DNA of 64,000 bases from the NCBI GenBank assembly GCA_965198005.1, contig CBDAOI010000004.1, positions 1,613,779 through 1,677,778 on the forward strand, in the 5' to 3' direction. The translations under genes and the position numbers were made by a program. Positions 38,262-46,982 of the stretch are shown in pieces (positions within the stretch are counted from its first letter, which is position 1; every line of letters starts with the position of its first letter). Source of the stretch: Spirochaetia bacterium. Its GTDB lineage: Bacteria; Spirochaetota; Spirochaetia; SZUA-6; Bin103. The notes beneath the pieces were generated by a model. It was given only the letters and a program-made list of their open reading frames with translations, had not been told where the DNA came from and made no database searches.

Positions 38262-40420
38262 TTCTTGAGATTTCTTTCGGGCAGCCGCGGCAGCCGAGAG
38301 CCCCTCGCGGCGCCGACTCGGGCGCATCGCCCCTCCAGAGCCGTCATTCGCCGGCGATGTGGCCGTCCGCAGGCCGTTCACCGTCCACGTCGGCCTCACA
38401 GCGGCCCGCTGAGGGCATTCCAGCCCCTCGGGGGTAGCCTGGGTACGAGCGCCAGGCTAACTGGCATATGACAGAGGGTGAAAGTCCCTCGGAACGAAGG
38501 AGCAGCCAATCCACGTTTCTCCGCGAGCCGTGCGTTGGCACCTGCGAGGGTGCAGGCGAAGCGTCGGCAGCGGTGCGTGCGGGCAGAGTTATGGAGCGCC
38601 GCAAAATACGACATCTGGAGTGCCGAGACTCTGTACTCGGTCGAAGGCAACACCGGTCGAGCCAGTATGGTGAGGATCGACCGGGCTCCACGGCGTCGAA
38701 GAACTCAGGCACGTGCGTACGTCATATACCGGGACCTGGGAGGTCTTCGGGTCGTCCCGGCGAGTCGTCGCCGGGACCGCGGAGGGAAGGCGTGAGGCTG
38801 GACCAAAGATGAACGACCCGAAGGAGTCGGACATGGGCATAGTAGCGGCGAAGCCGGCGAACAAGGGAGCGCAAGCGACTGCGGAGACGGTGGAGCGAAG
38901 GCCCATGACCAACGGGAATTCGCAAGGTCAAAGCACGGGCCGGACGCAGAGTCGGGCAACCGTGACACAGGCGGCCGAGCGGATACGGCAATTCGTAAAG
39001 AGAGAACCGCAGGAGAAACTCACTGCGCTGCTGCACCACGTGACGCCGGAAGCGCTGCGGGTGGCCTATTACGCGCTGAAGCGTGAAGCGGCCCCGGGGG
39101 TGGACGGGATGACGTGGCGGGAGTACGAGACGGGGTTGGAAGTGCGCTTGCACGACCTGCACCGGCGAGTACACACAGGAGCGTACCGAGCGACCCCGGT
39201 ACGGCGGGTCAACATCGACAAGCCGGACGGAGGCACACGACCGCTGGGGGTGGCCGCGCTGGAGGACAAGATCGTCCAGAAGGCCGTGGTGGATGTGATC
39301 CTGACACCGATCTATGAGGAGGAATTTCTCGGGATCAGCTATGGGTTTCGACCGGGGCGCGGGGCACACGATGCGTTGGACGCACTGGCCTACGCCATCG
39401 AACGGCGCGAAGTGAACTGGATATTGGACGCGGACATTCGCGCCTACTTCGACACGATCTCGCGGGACTGGTTGATCAGATTCCTGGAGCATCGGATTGG
39501 AGATCGGCGGGTGCTGCGGCTGATAAAGAAGTGGCTGCGCGCTGGGGTACTGGAAGAAGGCCGACAGATCGACGCGGGGCGGGGTACAGCGCAAGGGTCG
39601 GTGATTTCACCGATGCTCGCGAATATATACTTGCACTACGTGTTGGACCTGTGGGTCACCAAGAAGTGGCGGCCGCAGGAGGCGCGCGGAGACATGATCA
39701 TAGTGCGCTACGCAGATGACTATGTCGCCGGGTTCGAGCATCGTGACGATGCGGAACGCTTCCTGCGGGAACTGAAGGAGCGATTCAGAGGCTTCGAGCT
39801 GGAACTGAACGCCGACAAGACCCGACTCCTCGAGTTTGGACGGTATGCCGAAAGGAACCGCCGAGCACGTGGGGAAGGGCGACCGGAGACGTTCGACTTT
39901 CTGGGTTTCACGCATTATTGCAGGAAGGACAGGAAAGGACGCTTCGGGCTGGGGCGGAAGCCAATTCGGAAGCGGATGAATCGTACGCTGAAGAGGATCA
40001 AGATCGAGCTCCGCAGACGAATGCATGATGACGTGATGGAAACCGGGCGCTGGCTGGGACGGGTACTGCGCGGATGGCTCAACTACTACGCGGTACCCAC
40101 CAGCTACCGCTATCTGCACCGATTCGTGTGGCGTCTGCGAGGAATCTGGGTAAAGATTCTACGCCGGAGGTCCCAGAAGGACCGATTCTCCTGGGCTTGG
40201 ATGCTGGCGATCAGCATCAAGCTGTGGCCCCAACCCCGAATCGTACACTCATGGCCGGACCGGCGATTTGCCGTCAACCACCGAAGGTAGGAGCCGGATG
40301 GTTTAACGACCACGTCCGGATCTGTGCGGGGGGCGCCGGGTAACCGGCGTTCCTACCGCGCCCCCCTGCAACACCCGTCAACGCCGATTCCCGGCACCGC
40401 TGGCTCCGTATTGACCGCGC
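38262..40420 (+). mobile_element. group II intron (retroelement). The RNA boundaries are approximate.
   Basis: Contains a complete reverse-transcriptase/maturase ORF. There is a GNRA-capped GC-rich hairpin 30-80 nt after the ORF stop (40324-40370) in the position expected for domain V. Structured GC-rich RNA-like sequence precedes the ORF. Confidence 0.6.
38809..40290 (+). CDS. group II intron-encoded reverse transcriptase/maturase (RT domains 0-7 plus X domain, no En/HNH domain)
   Basis: AAPGVDGMTWREYE..., RAYFDTISRDWLIRFLEH, QGSVISPMLANIYLHYVLD, IVRYADDYVAGF (YADD), and the X-domain WLNYYAVPTSYRYL. The ORF track starts at 38713; the likely true start is near 38809-38833. Confidence 0.85.
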   Translation: MNDPKESDMGIVAAKPANKGAQATAETVERRPMTNGNSQGQSTGRTQSRATVTQAAERIRQFVKREPQEKLTALLHHVTPEALRVAYYALKREAAPGVDGMTWREYETGLEVRLHDLHRRVHTGAYRATPVRRVNIDKPDGGTRPLGVAALEDKIVQKAVVDVILTPIYEEEFLGISYGFRPGRGAHDALDALAYAIERREVNWILDADIRAYFDTISRDWLIRFLEHRIGDRRVLRLIKKWLRAGVLEEGRQIDAGRGTAQGSVISPMLANIYLHYVLDLWVTKKWRPQEARGDMIIVRYADDYVAGFEHRDDAERFLRELKERFRGFELELNADKTRLLEFGRYAERNRRARGEGRPETFDFLGFTHYCRKDRKGRFGLGRKPIRKRMNRTLKRIKIELRRRMHDDVMETGRWLGRVLRGWLNYYAVPTSYRYLHRFVWRLRGIWVKILRRRSQKDRFSWAWMLAISIKLWPQPRIVHSWPDRRFAVNHRR

Positions 40421-40595
40421 CGCCACCGCCCGCAGCCCAGCCTGGTCGGGTCGCAGCCACCTCCAGGACCAGCTACTAGCGACGGCAGACCTCCTCGAGC
40501 GTCAAGCCGCCGCTCCGTCAGTCGCCGCGCGCGCGGGGAATTGGGCCGTTGCTGCGGCCGTCGCGGCGCTCCGGAGGTGCAACCGCGAGCCGCTC

Positions 40596-40800
40596 GTCGG
40601 TTGAGTTCGAGGCTGCTCGGACAGGAGCGGCAGCACGAGCGCCGCCGCGGCGACGATCTCGGCACTCGGACCCGTTCAGGGCCGGCATTCACGGCCGATT
40701 GGCCGGCAGCGGGCCGCTCGGCGTCCGAGTCGGCCTCATAGCGGCCCCCTGACGGCCTTCCAAACCCAGGGAGATACCCCAGGGTACCCCCAGAATCCCG
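40596..40800 (+). repeat. diverged second copy (about 65-70 percent identity) of the 38262-38470 segment that precedes the intron ORF
   Basis: Blocks such as GTCGGCCTCAYAGCGGCCCSCTGASGGC and CATTCRC-GGC-GAT-TGGCC align between the two positions. Confidence 0.4.
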
Positions 40801-40914
40801 CAAAGTGCCCGTCAAAGCCGTTTCCCACCACCGCTGACACCGCTGACACGCCGCGCGGTCCGCCACCCCGGCTCCCGTGTGCCACCTCGAACATCAATCC
40901 GAGACCGGCACTGA

Positions 40915-41598
40915 TCAGCGCTTGCAGGTCAGGAACGACGTGAGGTGCGGGCTGCAGAGCCCCCCCCAGTCGCGCCCAAACCCGCGCGGCGGCTCGACGC
41001 TCTCCAGTTCGGCAAGATCAAGCCCGCACATCGCCTCCAGCCGCTGTGCGAGCGCGGACTCCTGGAGACTGTCGGGCAAGTGGTCGAGCCACGCTTGATA
41101 CTCACCCTGGAGGTCGAGCAGGGTGCCTACCGCATCCTGCCAGCGCTGCGGTCGGGACCTGCGGTCTTGCGGCCTGCGGTACTGCACCCGGGGCTGCGCT
41201 GCCTTGCGGCGCTCTCGATAGCGCCGTTGTCGTTCCGTGCGGTCACGCAGCATCGCGCACGCCACCGCGAGCAACCGGTCCGCGACCGTACGCAGCGCCC
41301 GGCCATGGCGCTGCCCGCGCGCGCGTAGCGCCGCATACCGCTCCCGACTCACCGGATCGTGCTGGATCGCCACCCGCGCCCAGTGATACATCGCGTTGCT
41401 CAGCCGCTGGTTGCAGGCACGGCGCATGCTCACCTGGCAACTCTTCCCCTGCGATTGATCAGCCCGTTGCGTTCCTCCTGCAACTCGGCAGTCCGGCGCG
41501 ACCATTCCCGCAACTCGATCACCGGCGGTGCCTGCACCTGCAACTGACGAAAGCTGCTGATAAGAAATCAGCCAGCCCGGCAGGTATCTTTGGCTCAC
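40915..41598 (-). pseudogene. IS110-family transposase, C-terminal portion only. The N-terminal DEDD domain is absent, and the C-terminal extension is unrelated.
   Basis: APDCRVAGGTQRADQSQGKSCQVSMRRACNQRLSNAMYHWARVAIQHDPVSRERYAALRARGQRHGRALRTVADRLLAVACAML parallels the IS110 block PRQHQSG..RGRISKRGN..LRRALYMAAL.A.RHNP....FY.RL...GK..KVALVA..RKLL....AML. Confidence 0.45.
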
Positions 41599-41650
41599 TT
41601 ACTCGTGATGGCAGGCCCAGCTTGCGGGTCAGGGGAGTACCGGAGTAGCC

Positions 41651-42100
41651 ATGAGCCGCAGTATATCATTGACAATCGTATGTCCCGCTTGTATAGTCGA
41701 TGGCGTGGAGTGGTGGGGTCCGGTCACCGCAATATCGGGTGCGGCAGTCGCGGTAGTGGCGATCGCGGCCGCGATCACCAGACCATTCAAGAGCATCCGG
41801 GATGAAGCTCGGCAGGCCCATGCCCTGATCGGGGAGAACATCAATGCCGTGCGCACCGACCTGGGCGCCAAGATCGACGGCGTGCGCGCCGAACTGCATG
41901 CCGACATCAAGGCGGTAGATGCCAAGGTCGACGGCGTGCGCACCGACCTCACCGCCAAGATCGACGGCGTGCGCACCGACCTGACCGACTTGGCCAAAGA
42001 CGTGGGAGAGCTCAAGGTCCAGATCGGCCGGATCGACGAACGCACCAGAGCATCGACCGAACAGACGAACGCTCCACTCCCGTCACCCCCACAGCATTAG
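41651..42100 (+). CDS. small membrane-anchored coiled-coil protein with imperfect 13-residue repeats (VRTDLxAKIDGVR)
   Basis: 149 aa. N-terminal hydrophobic helix VTAISGAAVAVVAIAAAIT, then repeats. No family assignment is possible from sequence alone. Confidence 0.45.
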   Translation: MSRSISLTIVCPACIVDGVEWWGPVTAISGAAVAVVAIAAAITRPFKSIRDEARQAHALIGENINAVRTDLGAKIDGVRAELHADIKAVDAKVDGVRTDLTAKIDGVRTDLTDLAKDVGELKVQIGRIDERTRASTEQTNAPLPSPPQH

Positions 42101-42121
42101 TGCACAGGCGGATGAAGTGGG

Positions 42122-42522
42122 CTACGCGACGCCTTCCCGCGGCTTGTCGGGCGGCTGGTTGCGGCTGCTCCAGAACAGCCCCTCGATGATTCCCTCGACC
42201 TTCGACAGCCGGTCCCCGATGTTGACGACGCGTGCGGTGAGTTCCTTGAAGCCGGCCTGCATCTCTGCCCGCAGCCGGCCGTCGCCGGCCCTTATTTCGT
42301 CCCGCAACGCGCTCTCGACGCCCTTTATTTCGTCCCGCAACGCGCTCTCGACGCCCTTTATTTCGTCCCGCAACGTGCTCTCGACGCCCTTTATTTCGTC
42401 CCGCAACGCGCCTCACTGGCCCGCAACTCGCGCAACTCGTGACGGATGCCGCGATTGGACGCCAACGTCACGGTGCCGAGGGCGATTGTCGCTGCGATGA
42501 TCCCTATCAGCTCCAGGCTCAT
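42122..42522 (-). CDS. second small membrane-anchored coiled-coil repeat protein, convergent with 41651-42100. It is interrupted by a 1-nt frameshift at the first of 3.5 tandem 36-bp repeats.
   Basis: ATG at 42522 with GGAGAG ribosome-binding site. MSLELIGIIAATIALGTVTLASNRGIRHELRELRASEAR, then out of frame, then (A)LRDEIKGVES x3 ... GIIEGLFWSSRNQPPDKPREGVA. Confidence 0.4.
42283..42420. repeat. tandem 36-bp repeat (about 3.5 units), coding for a 12-aa repeat
   Basis: CGCTCTCGACGCCCTTTATTTCGTCCCGCAACGCG repeated head-to-tail. The first unit carries one extra base. Confidence 0.8.
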
Positions 42523-42651
42523 GTACACCTCTCCGGCGCTCCGCTCCCTGCCCGGCAGTCTACCGCTTGGCGGCCACGGTGTCACCTTGGCTGCGGCCCC
42601 ACGCCTCCTCGCCACGCCGAAGTCGCGCACGACGGACATCCGCCGCGGGGA

Positions 42652-42760
42652 GCTGAAGCGACCTGCTTACCGAATATCTGTTACAACGGGCGCGTGTCGT
42701 TGCTGCTTCAACGCCACTCTCGCTGCCTGCCTGCGGCGCTGCTCGACCCTGGGGCACCGC
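42652..42760. repeat. about 100-bp boundary repeat shared with 34334-34440
   Basis: Direct sequence identity over about 100 bp with 2-3 mismatches. Confidence 0.75.
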
Positions 42761-43140
42761 AGCGCGTGGCTCAGGGACACCACCGGGATGAGGGCATTCT
42801 TGACGGCGTGCCGGATCACCACGGCCCGCTCCTTCAGCCCCTTGGACCAGGCGGTGCGGATAGGGCGTGGCTTCAATGAGTAAGGGAGCTGGGAAGTCTG
42901 AGCCTCCCAGCTCCCTTTTTTTGGCCTGAGGCCAGGCACAACGGGTGCAACCCCTAATGCCCCATTTCTTCCTTCAGCTCAGAATCAACCCAGAGGCGGG
43001 TGAAGACCGTATTGTATTGACCGCGTCCCAACGCCAATTCACCGTTAAAACTCTTGACCCACGGCTGGACGGCCACATACTGTGGGGCCGCACCACCCCA
43101 TATCTGCCAGAACTGCTCTATCGCATACGAGGCGATCAGC
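42760..43140 (-). pseudogene. remnant of a fourth ABC operon: substrate-binding-protein C-terminal about 60 aa, intercistronic hairpin, and about 30 aa of permease B
   Basis: Minus-strand translation of 42950-43140 gives ...AYAIEQFWQIWGGAAPQYVAVQPWVKSFNGELALGRGQYNTVFTRLWVDSELKEEMGH. 42667-42850 gives IRTAWSKGLKERAVVIRHAVKNALIPVVSL. Hairpin GGGAGCTGGGAAGTCTGAGCCTCCCAGCTCCC at 42884-42915 with a T7 run on the plus strand. Confidence 0.5.
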
Positions 43141-43340
43141 CGGAGCGGTTAGTTGTTTCTCGGTTCGAAAAGTGTGTGTGTGTGGGGGGGGGGGACGATA
43201 GGATGCACCGGCTGCGTCACTGCCAACCGGCCACTGCGCTGACTGTCATCATGGCACCCTCCCGGTGCACCCGAGCACGCCCGCCGCACCCCGGCGCTTC
43301 GGCGAGCGCGCACGCCTTGCGCGGCGGACGAGCGTTTCCG
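43130..43340 (-). promoter_or_regulatory. truncated substrate-binding-protein leader fragment, including the (GT)6 G11 tract
   Basis: Reverse complement matches the 53.7-kb leader (GATCAGCCGGAGCGGTTAGTTGTT...CGAAAAG) and the 11.2-kb leader (CATGATGACA.TCAG...AGTGGCCGGTTGGC.GTGACGCAGC). Confidence 0.45.
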
Positions 43341-43354
43341 TATGATGCGCGGCG

Positions 43355-44152
43355 ATGGAGTTGGGAGTCTACGGCCTGGGCCGCTTCGGGACGTTCTGGG
43401 CCGCGGAGCTGGCCCGACACTTCACGGTATGCGCCTACTCGCGCCGCGCCCATCACGCTCCGGCCGGCGTGCGGATAGTGTCCGAGGACGAGTTGCTGCA
43501 GTGCCCGGTGGTCGTGCTGTGCGTGGCCATCTCGGCCATGGAGGAGGTAGCCGAACGCATCCGCCCGCGCCTCGGGGCCGACACACTGGTGATGGACACG
43601 TGCTCGATCAAGGGGTTCCCGGCGCGCGTCATGACGGAACGGTTGCCCGCGGCGACGCGCATTCTGGCCACCCATCCGCTGTTCGGCCCCGACTCGGCCC
43701 GCGCCGGCGTAGCCGGGCAGCCGATGATCCTCTGCCCGGTGCGGTTGAGCGCCGCCGAAGTGGGGGAGTGGCAGGGCCGGTTCCGGGCCATGGGGCTGCG
43801 CGTCATCACCATGACCCCGGAGCAGCACGACCGGGAGGCGGCGTTCACGCAGGGCGTGACCCACTACCTCGGCCGCGTGCTGGCCGAGATGGGGTTGCGC
43901 GATTCCCCGATCTCGACCGTCGGCTATCAGCAGCTCCGCACCATCGTGGAGCAGACCTGCAACGACTCGCTGCAGCTCTTCCTCGACCTCCAACGGTACA
44001 ATCCCTACACGCGGGCGATGCGCGACCGCCTCGAGCGGGCGCTGGGCACCGTCAAGGCCCGGCTCGACGCGCCGGCTCCCGGCGAACCGTCGACCGGGCG
44101 GCCCGTTCGTCCGGATCGTCCGGGCGCGTCCGGTCAGTCCGGTCAGGCTTGA
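43355..44152 (+). CDS. tyrA: prephenate/arogenate dehydrogenase
   Basis: MELGVYGLGRFGTFWAAEL Rossmann motif plus the C-terminal dimerisation domain. Confidence 0.75.
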   Translation: MELGVYGLGRFGTFWAAELARHFTVCAYSRRAHHAPAGVRIVSEDELLQCPVVVLCVAISAMEEVAERIRPRLGADTLVMDTCSIKGFPARVMTERLPAATRILATHPLFGPDSARAGVAGQPMILCPVRLSAAEVGEWQGRFRAMGLRVITMTPEQHDREAAFTQGVTHYLGRVLAEMGLRDSPISTVGYQQLRTIVEQTCNDSLQLFLDLQRYNPYTRAMRDRLERALGTVKARLDAPAPGEPSTGRPVRPDRPGASGQSGQA

Positions 44153-44223
44153 GCGGCTTGATCAGTGACGATTGCATGCCATACGCTGTAGGCGCGCCGT
44201 CCGGAGCGCGCACGCCGATGTTC

Positions 44224-44296
44224 GGGCCGCTAGCTCAGTAGGTAGAGCAACAGCCTTTTAAGCTGTGGGTGCGGGGTTCGATCCCCCGGCGGCTCA
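44224..44296 (+). tRNA. tRNA-Lys (anticodon UUU), 73 nt
   Basis: GGGCCGC acceptor; D arm UAGCUCAGUAGGUAGAGCA; anticodon arm ACAGC-CUUUUAA-GCUGU; T arm CGGGG-UUCGAUC-CCCCG. Confidence 0.85.
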
Positions 44297-44366
44297 TTCC
44301 GATAGCCATGATGCGAAGCAGTACAGGGTCGCGACACGACCAGGCGCCGCCGCGAGGGGGCAGCGG

Positions 44367-45680
44367 ATGATGCGCGCCGGCTATACCCGAGCGGAGCGCG
44401 CTTGGGTGCTGTACGACATCGGCAACTCCGCGTACGTGCTGGCGGTCGTGACCGCGATCTTTCCGCTGTTCTTCAAGAACGTGGTCGCCGCGGACGTCCC
44501 CGACGCCGATTCGACCGCCTGGCTGGCCTACGCCAGCAGCCTGTACACCCTGGTGGTGGCCGTGCTGGCCGCCGTGCTGGGTCCGCTGGCCGACTACGAA
44601 GGGCGCAAGAAACGGTTCTTTGCGCTGTTCTTCGGTATCGGCGTGGTCACCACCGGCGTGCTGGCGTTTGCCGCCGAGGGGCGGGCCGCGGTGACGCTCG
44701 CGGTCTACGTCCTGTCCTCGATCGGCTTTGCCGGCGCCAACGTGTTCTACGACTCCTTTCTGACCGACGTCACGTCACCGGAACGGATGGATCGGTTGTC
44801 CAGCAGCGGCTACGCCTGGGGCTACATCGGCAGCACGGTGCCGTTCGTGGTGGCCATGGCGGTGGTGGTGGGGGGGCCGGAGCTCGGCGTGCTGGCGACC
44901 ACGGTCTCGGTGCGCATCGCGTTTCTGATTACCGCCGTATGGTGGGTGGCGTTCACCGTGCCGCTGCTGCGCCGAGTACGGCAGACGCAGTTCATCCCGC
45001 GGGTAGAGTCTCCGCTGCGCCACAGCTTCGCGCGCGTGGCGGAGCTGGTGCGCGAGCGCCGGCAGTACCGCACGGTGCTGCTGTTTCTGGCGGCCTATTT
45101 CTTCTACATCGATGGCGTGGGCACGGTGATCAAGCTGGCCACGGCGTACGGCACCGACCTGGGTCTGTCCGCCAATACGCTGCTGCTGATGCTGCTGGTG
45201 GTGCAGGTGGTGGCGTTTCCGTGCGCCCTGATCTACGGACACCTGGCGCGGACGCACGTGTTGTCCGTCCGTACCCTGCTGCTGGTCGGGGTCGGCGTGT
45301 ACGTACTGGTGACGGTGCTGGCGTTCGCTATTCCGCGGCTGCCGGTGCCGGCGCAGGTGCCGCTGTTCTGGGTGATCTCGATGCTGGTGGCCAGCTCGCA
45401 GGGGGGCATCCAGGCGCTCTCCCGCTCCTACTTCGGCCAGTTGATCCCGGCCGCCGCGTCGGCCGAGTTCTTCGGGTTCTACAACATGTTCGGCAAGTTC
45501 GCGGCCATCCTGGGGCCGCTGCTGGTGGGGCTGTTCGCCCAGCTCACCGGCGATTCGAGCATCGGCGTGCTCAGCATCGCCGTGCTGTTCGTGGTCGGCG
45601 GCGTGCTGCTGCTGCGGGTGCCGCGGCAGCCGAGCGCGGCCGTAGCCGAATACTCGCCACCGCCCGCGCCGGCCGGTTAG
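44367..45680 (+). CDS. MFS transporter (UMF1/Atg22-like family)
   Basis: 12 predicted TM helices. The start MMRAGYTRAERAWVLYDIGNSAY is typical of this family. Confidence 0.7.
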   Translation: MMRAGYTRAERAWVLYDIGNSAYVLAVVTAIFPLFFKNVVAADVPDADSTAWLAYASSLYTLVVAVLAAVLGPLADYEGRKKRFFALFFGIGVVTTGVLAFAAEGRAAVTLAVYVLSSIGFAGANVFYDSFLTDVTSPERMDRLSSSGYAWGYIGSTVPFVVAMAVVVGGPELGVLATTVSVRIAFLITAVWWVAFTVPLLRRVRQTQFIPRVESPLRHSFARVAELVRERRQYRTVLLFLAAYFFYIDGVGTVIKLATAYGTDLGLSANTLLLMLLVVQVVAFPCALIYGHLARTHVLSVRTLLLVGVGVYVLVTVLAFAIPRLPVPAQVPLFWVISMLVASSQGGIQALSRSYFGQLIPAAASAEFFGFYNMFGKFAAILGPLLVGLFAQLTGDSSIGVLSIAVLFVVGGVLLLRVPRQPSAAVAEYSPPPAPAG

Positions 45681-45686
45681 ATCAGG

Positions 45687-46872
45687 TCAACCGCGGGCGA
45701 GCACGGGGGGCGCCAGATCCCCGATTGAGCCGCCGAGATCACCATCGTCGGCAGTCCGCTCGCGGGTGGCCGGCCGGGCCGGTGCCGGCACCGGGGTGTC
45801 GTACTGGTAGCCGGGCTCGACCTGCTGCCGCTTCCAGGTGGCGCGCATCTCGCGCCAAGCGCCGAGCACGCTCTTCGCCTCCGGCAGGTCGCCGGCGATC
45901 GCGGTGCGCAGCTTGCGCAGGTTGTAGCACGGCACGCCGGCGTACATGTGGTGCTCCATGTGGTAGTTCATGCGCCAGTACATGAGCGACGAGACCGGGT
46001 CCAGCTTGATGGTGCGCGTGCACTTGCGGAAGTCGGCCACGTTGTCGCGCAGGCCGCAGTGCATCGGCAGAAACACCAGACAGCGCCACCAGTTGGCGAT
46101 GAACCGGGAGAGGGTGATGAACACCGGCAGCAGCCAAAGCTGGAGCAGGATGGCCGCGCCGATGACCGCGGCGTGGAACAGCAGAATCTTGCGCGCCCAG
46201 CGCACCGCCTTGATCCGCTCCTCGGGGTGGGCCGCGTACAGCGCCGCCAGCCACTCCCGCGTGCGCGGGGCGAGCGGCTCGGTCTCGCCGAGGGAGTCCG
46301 GGCCCAGCGGCCGGCCAAGCGCGGTTTGCACCGTGTCCCGGACCCGGGCGATCACCCCGTCGCACGCCGGCGCGCCGAACAGGTTGAAGGTAAACAGTTG
46401 CACCACGATCAGGGCCCGCAGCGCAGCCGACTGCGGCAGCACCACCTCCCGGTCACCGTCCGGATGCAGCGTGTAGCGATGGTGATAGGTGTGGCTGAGC
46501 GCGTAGTCGTCCGGGTTGAACCAGGTTATGAGCGAGAACAGGCGCAGAAAGAAGCGATTGAGCGCCTTGGTCTTGAACACCGTACCGTGGTCCAGCTCGT
46601 GCGACGCCGCCCCCAGGAAGCTGGCGAAGGTGCCGTACGCGAACAGCGCCACGGCGAAGGCCAGCCACTGCTGGCGGGCGAACAACCAGGCGGTGACCAG
46701 GGCCATCCCGACCAGGCACGCACCTACCCCCAACGTCTGCAGCCAACCCTGCAGGTCGCTGCGCTGCATGAGCCGGCGCAGCAGCGCCGGCTCGATCGGA
46801 CTGCGGTACCACTTTACGCGCAGCGAACGGCGGACGTCGGCCAGCGGTGGACGTGGGTTCGACATGGCACGA
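45687..46872 (-). CDS. membrane fatty-acid desaturase (three His boxes)
   Basis: HELDHG, HTYHHRY, HMEHHM motifs. Confidence 0.75.
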
Positions 46873-46982
46873 AACTGGTTGGATCGCGCGTGCGAGTCAA
46901 GGAGAATTTCCGCCGAGTCCGGCGGGCCCGGCGGGACCACATCTCTTGACTTCGTCCGGGCGCTGTGTTTATTTCAGCGGCC

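Noticed and set aside
40291-40323. GAGCCGGAUGG...CCGGAUCU immediately after the IEP stop as domain V
   Set aside because: It starts with the domain-V-like GAGC, but the arms do not pair convincingly. The GNRA hairpin 30 nt further on is a better candidate, though still unproven.
42884-42922. Hairpin plus T7 run as a rho-independent terminator
   Set aside because: The T-run follows the hairpin only on the plus strand. In the direction of the adjacent gene fragments (minus strand) it is an A-run before the hairpin. That is the same conserved intercistronic substrate-binding-protein/permease element seen at 13750-13803, so it is not a simple terminator of those genes.
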